A DNA stretch of 64,000 bases from Andalucia godoyi And28 (taxonomy: Eukaryota; Protista; Jakobida), in contig VRVR01000032.1 of assembly GCA_009859145.1 (NCBI GenBank), forward strand, positions 28,854 through 92,853, read 5' to 3'. The notes beneath the pieces are model-generated. The model saw nothing but the letters and a program-made list of their open reading frames with translations, was not told where the DNA came from and did not search any database. This document shows positions 22,011 through 31,825 of this stretch, piece after piece. Position numbers and translations under genes: made by a program. Within the stretch, counting starts at the first letter, position 1, and every line of letters begins with the position of its first letter.

Positions 22011-23357
22011 ATGCCGGATAAGGAATCGGTTCGTTTGCTTGGTCATGCGCAGCATGGCGATTCTGTAATGATAGCATCGCCAGACGTGCTCACGACACCA
22101 AGGGAACTGACGTCGAAAGGAGGCGTTTTGGATGTAGTTCGGAACATGTGGTTTCTCGGGCTTGTGGCGTTCGGCGGTCCTCCAGGCCACCTCAGTCTTG
22201 AGAGAAAACTGTATGTGGAAAAGCGAAAATGGTTAAGCTCTGCGCAGTTTGCGGAGCTTTTGGGGATCGCATCTTCAATCCCGGGTCCGTCGTCAACCCA
22301 GGTCACTGTTGCAATTGGGCTGCTGCGCGGCGGCGTTCTCGGGTCTTTGGTTGCATTGGGGTTCTTTCTGATTCCAGCGGCGGTGGTCCTCGCAGCTCTG
22401 GGACAGTTTCTTGGAAGCAACACCACGGTGGCGGACTGGAGGGACAACTCGTTCATCTTTCAAGCAGTCGAGGGTGGGTTGGGCTCTGCGTCGGTTGCCG
22501 TCATCATTGCTGCTGCGTTAAAGTTGTGCAACTCTGTGCTTGCCGGAAGCCGATTTTTGCAGGGAATATCCATGGGCGCGTGCTGCATGTCGCTGTTGTA
22601 TCGATCCTGGTGGACCTATCCAGTGATCATTTTTGGCTCCGGCATCGTTTGTTTGGTCAAGAAGAACCGCGATCGCAAAAACGGCGTGATGGACAAGCAA
22701 GGATCGGCTCCCCAAGAGGAACTGCCTATCCATATTTCGCGCTGGCAAGTCTTGTTTTTTGCACTCTTGTACTCGAGTATTCTTATTTTCCTGATGGTTG
22801 GGCGACACTCGTTTGGAAAGGATGTTAACTGGATCGTGTACTGCGAGATCTTCTTTCGGATTGGCTCTGTCGTCCTTGGAGGAGGATACGTCGTGGTACC
22901 AATGTTGATAACCGAGCTGGTCGACTCGGGCTTTCTGGACCAGGCACAGCTCGTGGAAGCCCTCGTGCTGAGTTCTCTTATGCCCGGTCCTATGTTTGCG
23001 ATTTCTTCGTATCTTTCCGCGATCCTCGGAGGTCCGATCATGGCGCTTCTTGGATGTGCTTGTCTTTTCGCCCCTGGCGTGCTGTTTCTGTACATTGTCT
23101 TGCACTTTTGGAAGTGGATGCGTCAGCAGCACGTCATCCGTGATGCGTTGCCTGGAATCAATTCCGCAGCCATTGGTCTCATTTTCCAGTCTGCCATCAC
23201 TCTCGGTTTAGGAATCATGAAGACAGACGAAATCTACTACCTCGTCTGCATCATGGCGTACTATGTGCACGACCGCATCGGCCTCGATGTTCCGTGGACA
23301 ATTCTCATTGGAGGAGTTCTTGGACTCGCCTTCAAAGAACTGGACCTGTACATTTGA
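22011..23357 (+). CDS. chrA: Chromate ion transporter (CHR family, long-chain, two domains)
   Basis: AFGGPPGH, FAELLGIASSIPGPSS, second half GSVVLGGGYVVVP and LMPGPMF. Confidence 0.93.
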   Translation: MPDKESVRLLGHAQHGDSVMIASPDVLTTPRELTSKGGVLDVVRNMWFLGLVAFGGPPGHLSLERKLYVEKRKWLSSAQFAELLGIASSIPGPSSTQVTVAIGLLRGGVLGSLVALGFFLIPAAVVLAALGQFLGSNTTVADWRDNSFIFQAVEGGLGSASVAVIIAAALKLCNSVLAGSRFLQGISMGACCMSLLYRSWWTYPVIIFGSGIVCLVKKNRDRKNGVMDKQGSAPQEELPIHISRWQVLFFALLYSSILIFLMVGRHSFGKDVNWIVYCEIFFRIGSVVLGGGYVVVPMLITELVDSGFLDQAQLVEALVLSSLMPGPMFAISSYLSAILGGPIMALLGCACLFAPGVLFLYIVLHFWKWMRQQHVIRDALPGINSAAIGLIFQSAITLGLGIMKTDEIYYLVCIMAYYVHDRIGLDVPWTILIGGVLGLAFKELDLYI

Positions 23358-23972
23358 TCTCCAGCCGACCCCTCCTATCCTTCTCTCTTCGTGGCACCAG
23401 ACATTTCCATCACATTGGGTAACCGGCGGGGGGTGATTCCTGGCGACTGTACACATGTCACACTGCGTCACTGGCGCTGCTTTGCGCAATCGTACACCCA
23501 ATTGTGACGCAAAAGAGAAACAAAGTCACGTGAGTAAGGTTTGTGTGACAATCAATGAAAAGGGGAGATTCTGCCCGCCAGCCAAACCACTCAAGAGTCA
23601 TAACGATCCCATCATTTAATCCTCCTTCAATAATTGTTGTTCACACACACATCTCCACCACAACTTTTGTTTCCCTTTTCGTTTCTTCTTTCTCTTTCCT
23701 TCCTTTCCTTTTCTCTCTGTACTTTTTATTATCTCCATTCCTAATAACACTGGTGTTCTCAGTGTTTGTTGTTGTCCGGCTTATTTTTCATTTTTTTCAT
23801 TTTTTTCATTTCAATTATTTTAATTTAATTTTAATTTTGGTTTTTTGTTTTTATTGCGTGTGTGTGTGTGTGTTGGGGTTTCCTCCGTTCTTCTCCGTTT
23901 TCCGATTGTCTCTTCGCAACGACGTGCAAATTACAATTTTCAATTTCAATTTCACTGGAGTGGTCGTCTGCA

Positions 23973-24857
23973 ATGAGTTGTATGCTTCTTCATTCGCCGG
24001 TCGTGTCTTATGCACCACCGCCAACCACCACCAGCAGTAGCAGTAGTAGTGGTGGTGGTAGGATTAATACGGGGACGAGCAGGAGCAGTCGGGAGCCGGT
24101 TCCTCGACTAAACACTGCGAACCCAAGCAGTCGGAAGCGGCCTTCTGTAAGTGCTTCCTCCTTGTCGGCGCCGCTGAGCATTACGGATCTGCCACTGTCG
24201 ACGCTATACAAGCTGTTTTCGCGGGGCTGGACGTCGAATGCATGTGCGCTGTCCTCTCTCCGGGTGTCGTTAACTGGGATCCCGCGGCTTCTGAATTCTG
24301 AAATTCGGACGCGATTTTTTACCCCGGAGTTCCAGTCGGACGATCATGAGATGGCGTTTCTGGCCACGTGCGAAGACCCGGCAACACACGACACTCACTA
24401 TTCACCAGCCGCAACGCAGATCATTTGGCCCTCGCTTGCCCAGACTGCCCCGGGGCACCACGAACGAAAAGACGAGGGTTTATCGCGTCCAATTAAGAGA
24501 TATCGGAAATCGATGACCCTGGCGCCGTCCCTCTCCTCGTCTTCCTCCACGTCCACGTCCACGTCCGCATCATCGTCGTGGTCTAGCTCCGAGGAGACAA
24601 CAACGAGCGAGGGCGCCGAGACGCTCGCACCGCCGCTGCATGTCTTGTGTCCCGACCGCGTCCTTGAGACTATCCGTCGTCTGGCATCAAAATACGGGGA
24701 TAAAGCACCCATGGCAGCCGTGGTCGATGCTCTGGAAACTGCGCCTGATGCTTCCGCCGCAGTCTGGTCCAGTCCTGCGCTCGCCGACTACGTTCGCCTC
24801 ATTTGCCGCACCGAATGGGCCGATGGCTCCGAATTCGTCCTCTTGTACAGTCCGTAA
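23973..24857 (+). CDS. Hypothetical Ser/Thr-rich protein
   Basis: About 294-aa ORF after a T-rich flank; no family recognised. Confidence 0.6.
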   Translation: MSCMLLHSPVVSYAPPPTTTSSSSSSGGGRINTGTSRSSREPVPRLNTANPSSRKRPSVSASSLSAPLSITDLPLSTLYKLFSRGWTSNACALSSLRVSLTGIPRLLNSEIRTRFFTPEFQSDDHEMAFLATCEDPATHDTHYSPAATQIIWPSLAQTAPGHHERKDEGLSRPIKRYRKSMTLAPSLSSSSSTSTSTSASSSWSSSEETTTSEGAETLAPPLHVLCPDRVLETIRRLASKYGDKAPMAAVVDALETAPDASAAVWSSPALADYVRLICRTEWADGSEFVLLYSP

Positions 24858-25183
24858 AAAAAACTTTCTGCTGTAGTTTTCTCTCCTTGTTCCGTTAGCA
24901 TCACGTGAGGCACCGGACAATTTTGTCTGCATCATGTCGGACACTTTGTCGCTATGAGCTTTCCCGACACTGTACCAGCACGCATGGGAAACCACAGCAT
25001 GCGTGTTTTCCTTTTTGGCGTACTGAATGGCGCAGCCCCCTTTTTCCTCCGTATGGTACAGTATAGAGTCTAGCATCGTGTACAGATTGAAACACTCGTC
25101 TTCTTCTAGCCGTCTTTTGCAGTTGGATTTTTTTCATTGTCCTAGTGTCATCGTATTCCAGTGTCATCGTAGTGTCATCTGAT

Positions 25184-26575
25184 ATGGAGATTGACTGTCG
25201 CATTGAAGTGTGCGCGAGCCTCGGGAATCTGGTGCGCGGGATGGTGCCGGCGATGTTTTCGGACGTGACTATGCACGTGGAGTCGCATGTATTTCCAGCC
25301 CACAAGTGCATCTTGGCAGCCCGCTCGCCTGTCCTGGCGCGAATCCTAGCATCAACTCCCAGCATTACCCGTCTTCGCATTCTCTCGCCAACGCACCGCA
25401 TCCCGCCCGCCGCCGTCCGCGCCCTCCTCGACTACGTCTACACGGGCTCCCTGGTCTTACTCGATCCGGAGGGCCCCGGGCTTGCATCCACGGACGCTAC
25501 TAACGGCCTCACGCTGCTCCTCAGCCTCTGCCATCTCTTGGCCATGAGCCCGTGCGATGCAATCTTCCGAGCACTCCAACCCAGTGTCAACGCGAGATTG
25601 GACCATACGTGCATCCTTCTCGCTTCCCTTGTCCTCTCGCCTCCGCAGTCCTCATCGACGAGTCACACGGTCCACATGGCCGCCATCGCCGTTGCCGCCT
25701 TTGTCCACCATGCTCTCGTGGTCTTTCCTCCTGCTTCCTCTTCCTCTTCGCTTGATTCTTCTTCTTCGTCGTCGTCGTTGCTTTCTTCCGCCATCTACAT
25801 ACTACCACGCGCGGTAATCCTCTTCATCTTGTCCCTGCCTTGTTTGCCTGTCCCCGAACTCGCCTTCTTCAAGATGCTTGTTGGATGGGGCAGCCACCAC
25901 CATTTTTCCCCTCCTCCTCCTTCTTATTCTTCTTCCATAGCAACATCCCCGAGTATCCATGCCAGTAGCAATGGTGGTGGTGGTGGTGGTGGTGGGATGA
26001 CGCGGGAAGAGCTTGGTGCGGTATTGGACGAGCTGTTGGGCTACATTGACTTTAGCGCCATTGAGGCGCATGATCTCGCAACCATTGTTGAGCCACTGGG
26101 TCTCGTCCGTCCTGCTGCGCTCTTGGATGCCTATCGGCGCATCGCCCTTCTTACCCCGTCTTCTCCCTCTCCTTCCTCTCCTTCCTCTCCAGCTTCACTA
26201 TCCGCGGTGTTGGCTACTGCGTCTATAACCCAAGCAGCATGCAGAGGGGTGAGTGAGAGGCGAAGGCGTCTTTCTGTGGAAGAATGGATTGCAAGTGAAG
26301 AAGGACGGGCGCAGATGCTGGCGTTGTGCTCCAGTCGATCGACAACTCCGTCATCGTCTGCAGCTGCAACGCAGATTGGGAGTGAAGAGAGTGGCACAAG
26401 GGGCGGGGAGGCTCCGGGAGTCGTGAGGCTGCGGGTTGTTGGAGAAGCAGGAGATGCGATGTCGCCACGCTCACCCTTCTTGGAAAAGGAGGGTGGCAGC
26501 GAAGCCGCACCTTCGAGCCCTGGAACGGGAATGCAACTATCGCTCCGCAAACCTGCATTCAAGCAACGTGTCTGA
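25184..26575 (+). CDS. BTB/POZ domain protein (BACK-like region follows)
   Basis: FSDVTMHVESHVFPAHKCILAARSPV, LLDYVYTG, YIDFSAI. Confidence 0.88.
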   Translation: MEIDCRIEVCASLGNLVRGMVPAMFSDVTMHVESHVFPAHKCILAARSPVLARILASTPSITRLRILSPTHRIPPAAVRALLDYVYTGSLVLLDPEGPGLASTDATNGLTLLLSLCHLLAMSPCDAIFRALQPSVNARLDHTCILLASLVLSPPQSSSTSHTVHMAAIAVAAFVHHALVVFPPASSSSSLDSSSSSSSLLSSAIYILPRAVILFILSLPCLPVPELAFFKMLVGWGSHHHFSPPPPSYSSSIATSPSIHASSNGGGGGGGGMTREELGAVLDELLGYIDFSAIEAHDLATIVEPLGLVRPAALLDAYRRIALLTPSSPSPSSPSSPASLSAVLATASITQAACRGVSERRRRLSVEEWIASEEGRAQMLALCSSRSTTPSSSAAATQIGSEESGTRGGEAPGVVRLRVVGEAGDAMSPRSPFLEKEGGSEAAPSSPGTGMQLSLRKPAFKQRV

Positions 26576-26736
26576 CACGATTCCTGCTCCCGCCAACATC
26601 GTTAGTCTTCTTTCTCTTATTCTTATCATTGTGTGTGTGAATAGTTATTTGTTTATTTATTATTTCTTCTTCTTCTTCTTCTTTTTTCTTTTTTCTTTTT
26701 TCTTTTTTCCTTCAATACTCCCCTCCGCGCTTGTCT

Positions 26737-28200
26737 TCACTGCTGTTGATATTGGGAAGAGAGCAATGTGGCGAGGAAGCGAATCATGGACTGTGGATCG
26801 ATTTGCACGGATTGAGAAGAGGAAACAGTGGGATTGTAGGATGGATTGTTCCGATTCAACTCGTCCTGCATCTTTCCGTGCATATCTCGCTGGGCATGGA
26901 TGGTTGGATGGATGGACAGACTAGCCTCTCGAAAGTCCGTGGTTCGAAGTGGCCGAACCGCACTTCGGTTTCCGTTTCCCTGAGACGCTGTTGCATGCGC
27001 CCTCCACGGCTTGCTTCGGATCATATCGGACGACTCTTCACGAACAACATATTCTCGAACCGGAACCAGTGCCGCTTGCCTGCAGAGCTCTTTCAGATCA
27101 GATCCCGAGTATCCTTCTGTGAAACCGCAGATTTCATCGATGTTGAACGCTTCGCTGGAATCACAGCTTGCTGATCTCAGCAATCGCAGCAATATTTCAC
27201 GGCGCTGTGATTGGTCAGGGAGAGCGACATGGAACTGTCGAGGCATTCGTCGGAGGATTGCCTCGTCGATATCCTGCGGGCGATTCGTGGCACCCATCAC
27301 CACAACTCGACATTCATCCCCAGCTTGGAACCCATCCCACAAGGACATAAATTCGGCCTTCATCGCAGAGGTGGCCTCATGGTCCGTTCCCGAAGACCGA
27401 TCTTTGAGAAACGCATCCATTTCATCTATAAAAATAATGCAAGGCTGCAGCTTTCGCGCAAGAGAAAATGTCGCTCGAACAAGCTTTTGTGATTCCCCAT
27501 ACCACTTATTTTGAAGTGTCGAGAGCCGCAGATTCACGAAATTCGCACTCGATTCCTTGGCCAACGCTTGCGCAAGCATCGTTTTCCCTGTTCCTGGCGG
27601 CCCGTAAAGCAGGATCCCTTTCGGCTGTGACAGCAATGACCCGCGATACAGATCCGGACGGCTCAGCGGAAACACAACTGCTTCAAACAGCCCCCGCTTG
27701 GCGACTTCTAATCCACCAATGTCGTTAAAGGACACGTTAATCTCATCGGGACACACTAATTCAGACGCGATCAGCTCCTCATAATCGTCCAACTCCACCT
27801 TTTCAAGAGGAAGAATCATGGAGGCGTACTGGCTGTTGAAGAACTCTACAAGCTCGTCAAGTTCCGTCTCTCCGTGTGCATCATCGGAGACGTGGCGAGA
27901 CAAGATCTGCGAGATATCCGATATGGAAAGGCTTGAATGCCTGGAAGTGGGCTGTGCGGTTGGAAAATGCGCTATTTGGAGCTGTCTTGCACGGATTTCT
28001 TCAAGAGCTGGACCGATAATCGAGACGAGACGCAGCTGTCGAGACTGGATAATCTTGCGGATGAGTTCCTGGCGACGCTGCTTTGCGGCCCTGCGCTCAT
28101 GAGACTGTGGATCCAGTTTGGAAATGAGATATCGCATTGAAAAGAACGTCACTACAGGAGCAACCACAAATGCAATTACATCTTCTATCCGAATTCTCAT
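26737..28200 (-). CDS. ATAD1: Msp1/ATAD1 membrane-anchored AAA+ ATPase
   Basis: N-terminal TM helix, VSFNDIGGL, GPPGTGKT, IIFIDEMD, MKAEFMSLWDG, ATNRP, AILRRMPR. Confidence 0.93.
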   Translation of the reverse strand: MRIRIEDVIAFVVAPVVTFFSMRYLISKLDPQSHERRAAKQRRQELIRKIIQSRQLRLVSIIGPALEEIRARQLQIAHFPTAQPTSRHSSLSISDISQILSRHVSDDAHGETELDELVEFFNSQYASMILPLEKVELDDYEELIASELVCPDEINVSFNDIGGLEVAKRGLFEAVVFPLSRPDLYRGSLLSQPKGILLYGPPGTGKTMLAQALAKESSANFVNLRLSTLQNKWYGESQKLVRATFSLARKLQPCIIFIDEMDAFLKDRSSGTDHEATSAMKAEFMSLWDGFQAGDECRVVVMGATNRPQDIDEAILRRMPRQFHVALPDQSQRREILLRLLRSASCDSSEAFNIDEICGFTEGYSGSDLKELCRQAALVPVREYVVREESSDMIRSKPWRAHATASQGNGNRSAVRPLRTTDFREASLSIHPTIHAQRDMHGKMQDELNRNNPSYNPTVSSSQSVQIDPQSMIRFLATLLSSQYQQQ

Positions 28201-28544
28201 ATTCAACTACACCACGACCTTCGGGAATCAAACTCGCTTAAAACAAAAAAAAATGGATACACGTCTTTCTTCTGTTTGTCTGTGAGTGTGTGCTCTCTTT
28301 TAGTTATGATGTGGTCTTTGTTCTACTCAAAAAGAATACAAACAGTACTTTCTACATAATAACAATATCAGCAATTAATAATAATAATAAAAATTCTGCT
28401 CAAGTTCTCTGCGTTTGGGGAGCGAGATTCATTTGTATTTTATTTTTTTTAATAATTGTTTTTTACGACTGGTTGCGTGTCGTTGGCCATTCCATCTGCC
28501 ATCGACTGTGTCTACGACGAATCGTCTTCAAAAGTCCTTGGGTC

Positions 28545-29303
28545 TCACGGCTCCTGAAGGGTTGGAGCGAGTGCAATTTCACGGATGCAGCATCGAGGTG
28601 GCTGGTCAAATGCAAAGTAGCAAGCATTCGCAACGTCTTCTGGCTGCAAAGCCTCAATTGTCGTTTTCCACTGCTTATATCCATCGACAATCGCATCGCT
28701 GGTGGTATGTCCAAGAAGTTCCGTTTCGACGACTCCTGGTGCAACGACAACAAACTTGACATTGTACTTTGCGTATTCCTCGCGGAACGTCTCGGTCAAT
28801 GCATGGACTCCGAATTTCGTAGCACAGTACACACCGTGGTTACCAAAAGTCTTCTTCCCGGCAATCGATGAAATGTTGATGACTGTTCCGGAACGACGGT
28901 CCATCATTCCTCGAATCACTGCACGGATGCCGTTCATGACACCGAGCACATTGATCTGCATCATGTTTACCCATTCTTCGGGGTTCTGCTCATGCGCCGA
29001 TCCAAGCTGCATCAGCCCTGCGTTGTTGACGATGCACGATGTCGGTCCAAAGCAAGCTTCGGCCTGCTTCACGGCTTCCTCCACCGCTGGTAGATCCGTC
29101 ACGTCGCATGTTTTGCAAAGAACTCGCGACGAAGCGGCGGGGTACGTGGAGTCGAGCTCGGATGCCAGCGACTCCATGCGATCCAAGCGACGGCTCAGCA
29201 AGAGCAATGAGTGACCCTTTGCATGGAAATGCTTTGCACATGCAGCCCCAATTCCCGACGAAGCACCCGTAATCACAACAAGCGTCCCCGACGAAGAAAC
29301 CAT
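28545..29303 (-). CDS. Classical short-chain dehydrogenase/reductase (YdfG-like)
   Basis: TGASSGIG, NNAG, YCATK. Confidence 0.93.
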   Translation of the reverse strand: MVSSSGTLVVITGASSGIGAACAKHFHAKGHSLLLLSRRLDRMESLASELDSTYPAASSRVLCKTCDVTDLPAVEEAVKQAEACFGPTSCIVNNAGLMQLGSAHEQNPEEWVNMMQINVLGVMNGIRAVIRGMMDRRSGTVINISSIAGKKTFGNHGVYCATKFGVHALTETFREEYAKYNVKFVVVAPGVVETELLGHTTSDAIVDGYKQWKTTIEALQPEDVANACYFAFDQPPRCCIREIALAPTLQEP

Positions 29304-29867
29304 TTTTTCCACTTCCCTTTTTCAATTACGTGTTTGTGGAGTACAAGAAAAGATTGGACAGCGGATGCACCAAAAAAAAAAAAAAAAAGTATGCAGCGCA
29401 AACACAAACAAATTAATTTAAAATGCGTATATACACAAGCAAAATAACCAAACAGACAAAATAGAAGGCCACACAACTTCTTTCAATCGTGAAACTGCAC
29501 AAGCTGCACGAAAAGCGTTCCCCTGGCATTGTCTCGCAGAGCCTTGGGTCTCCAATACGAAGGAAAACGAGGTGCGTTTTATGGAAACAGGTCTTTTTAT
29601 ATTTATTTTATATATTTTTACAGTAACGTCAAGCTGTGTCTATTCCCATTTTCAGTTGTCGGACGTCAGCGCACGCATAGGAGCATGAGAAATTGTCATA
29701 TTTGGTGACGACGGCGTTCAGAAGCATAGCAAGTTGGCTCGGCTGCACCGTGGAGGACAACTGCAACTGCATGAGCTGGCAGATGGGGGGAACTGCTCAT
29801 TTGCCTTCAAACATGACGGAACACCAAGGACGCTCCAAGGACGCTCTAAAACATGGTCTGTGATGGC

Positions 29868-29948
29868 GATGCAACACTGAGTATGGAAAGTCAGCAAGGA
29901 TTTGCCATGCGTGATGTACCATGCAGGCCGCTCGCCAAAACATGAATC
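29868..29948 (+). mobile_element. Decayed repeat family copy E, abutting the 290-bp element
   Basis: GATGCAACACTGAGTATG (29868-29885) matches the minus strand of 7301-7318 at 17/18; looser similarity continues to ATGAATCA. Confidence 0.45.
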
Positions 29949-30220
29949 ATGATTGGCCATCGGGCTAAGCTGTCCCCGAAGACAGATTCAATTTGGGATG
30001 AGCACCAACTCCTCAATGCAGATTGCTCTGCATCAAAGGGTCGTCGCAACCACGAGTATCTTGGTTCTCGGCATCTGCGGGCATGGCTGGTTTTGAGTTT
30101 GTTGGGAAGATCCCTTTGTGGAGGAGCCATGCGGTGTTTTCTGTCTTTGATGAAAAAGGTGCTGCTTGAGGGCTCGATTGTAACGAAACACAAACAGAAA
30201 GACAATCAGAAAGAGAAATA
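29931..30220. repeat. 290-bp dispersed structured element, copy R1 (ncRNA or non-autonomous element)
   Basis: Identical to 53169-53458 except two 1-nt indels near the ends; flanks unrelated; extensive nested self-complementarity. Confidence 0.92.
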
Positions 30221-30326
30221 TCTACGGTCCGACGGACTCTGTGCAGCGGGTAGTTTTCATTCTCTCTCCAACGGTTTTCGTGCGTTTTAATTTCCCTCAC
30301 CTGATTCTCTCCAATAAACAAGGACT

Positions 30327-31421
30327 ATGACGTTGCTGTTTCGCTCGTCTGGATTTCGGAGGATTTCTCTTTTTGCAGCTCGAAACTGCAGTATCGACAG
30401 CGCGTCTCGATTCTTTATCCCGACATTTCCGCACATTCATCGTCGGTTCGTTCAGAAATCCTCCTTTTCGTCGACCAGTTCAGCAGCACTCCTCCAAATG
30501 ACGACTCTACGCTCATTTCCGGCAAAAAGCAACCCGTCTGCAAGCCTGCAGGTTTCCGAGTACTTTCATAAGCAGTCCAATACGTGGACGTTTATCGTTG
30601 CGTGCTCGGAAACGAAAGAAGCAATGATTGTGGACCCGTGTTTGGAATTTGATGTTCCTTCTGGTCGTATTGGAACGACTTCTGCGGACCAGATCATCGC
30701 AAGCAGCATCGGCATGGGATATCGCGTCAAGTATCTAAATGAAACACACGCGCATGCAGATCATATTACTGCATCTGCGTACATTAAAGAGCGGCTTCTT
30801 GCGGAACATGGCGTCGCAGCAAGTTATGCAATCGGCGAGCGTATTGTGGAGGTGCAGAAGATCTTTGCGGACGTTTTTGACTGGAAAAAGGAGAGTCCTT
30901 CGTTTGTGCCCGATGGCTCCGGCTTCGACAAGCTGTGGAAGGATGGGGACACCTTCAGCATCGGAAATTTCCAGTTCCGATGCCTGCATACTCCTGGACA
31001 CACTCCTGCATGCGTGACGTATGTGTGTGACGACGCCAAAGTCATGTTTGGCGGGGACACTCTTTTCCACGATACATTTGGGACGGCAAGAGCAGATTTT
31101 CCAGGAGGCTCGGCGTCCACGCTCTACGATTCGATCCAAAAGCTGCTGGCTCTTCCGGGAGATTTCACTCTCTTTGTTGGACACGATTATGTCCCAGGTG
31201 GTTCTCAACGCGAATTCTTGTCATGCTCCACAATTGGCGAGGAGCGCGAGAAGAACGTTCACGTGGGTGCAGGCAAAACACGGGAGGAATACATCAAGAT
31301 GAGAACGACGCGAGACGCAGGACTTTCAGTGCCAAACTTGCTGCTGCCTTCAATTCAGGTCAATGCATTGTGCTCGGGCAAGATTCCTCAGCGACTCGTG
31401 ATCCCAGTCAACAAACTATAA
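30327..31421 (+). CDS. Persulfide dioxygenase, MBL fold, bacterial type II (SdoA)-like, with probable mitochondrial presequence
   Basis: ETHAHADH, TPGHTPAC, GDTLF, GTARADFPGGS, GHDY, LPSIQVN; about 60-aa Arg/Ser/Phe-rich N-terminus with almost no acidic residues. Confidence 0.88.
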   Translation: MTLLFRSSGFRRISLFAARNCSIDSASRFFIPTFPHIHRRFVQKSSFSSTSSAALLQMTTLRSFPAKSNPSASLQVSEYFHKQSNTWTFIVACSETKEAMIVDPCLEFDVPSGRIGTTSADQIIASSIGMGYRVKYLNETHAHADHITASAYIKERLLAEHGVAASYAIGERIVEVQKIFADVFDWKKESPSFVPDGSGFDKLWKDGDTFSIGNFQFRCLHTPGHTPACVTYVCDDAKVMFGGDTLFHDTFGTARADFPGGSASTLYDSIQKLLALPGDFTLFVGHDYVPGGSQREFLSCSTIGEEREKNVHVGAGKTREEYIKMRTTRDAGLSVPNLLLPSIQVNALCSGKIPQRLVIPVNKL

Positions 31422-31825
31422 AACAGCAAACATCCGAAGCGACGGTGCAATAGGAGTAGGCACACGACACTGAGATCCTTTTTTCCCTCCGCTTCTTCTT
31501 CTTTTTTGGTTTTGCGAAACAAAAAGCGTTCTTCATTTCAATTCTTCAATTCAAACCTTCCATTTACTACACCCCTCCGGAAAAGACAATATCTGAAAAG
31601 CATGAGGTCCAAACAGTCGACGGAACACATATGGATGATTCTCGTCCTCTGACGCAAAATTACAATCTTCTCACCTTGCTCGATCTCCATATCCATCCAA
31701 TGCGCAGACACCCTTACGAAGAAAGCAGACTTTCGTCCCTAGGAAGAAGAAAAAGACATCTCCGAAAGCAGCATGAACGGAAAAGAAAAGAAAGAAGAAG
31801 AAAAAAGAGAAAGAAAAAAAAAGGC

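Noticed and set aside
24860-25183. GGCGTACTG match to copy D and the AGTGTCATCGT triplet repeat
   Set aside because: A 9-mer match is expected by chance, and the short tandem has no further structure
30000-30060. R minus-strand frame RRPFDAEQSALRSW as another HTH fossil
   Set aside because: Spacing differs from the EQ-x3-L-x2-W motif, and the DNA similarity to copy A needs several gaps; chance cannot be excluded
29931-30220. R element as U3, RNase P/MRP, SRP or SL RNA
   Set aside because: Partial look-alikes (UGAUGA, GGGAAGAUC, GAGGGCUC, AAUUUGG) are in the wrong order or lack partners: no D box, no CR-V pairing, no helix-8 motif, no SL donor
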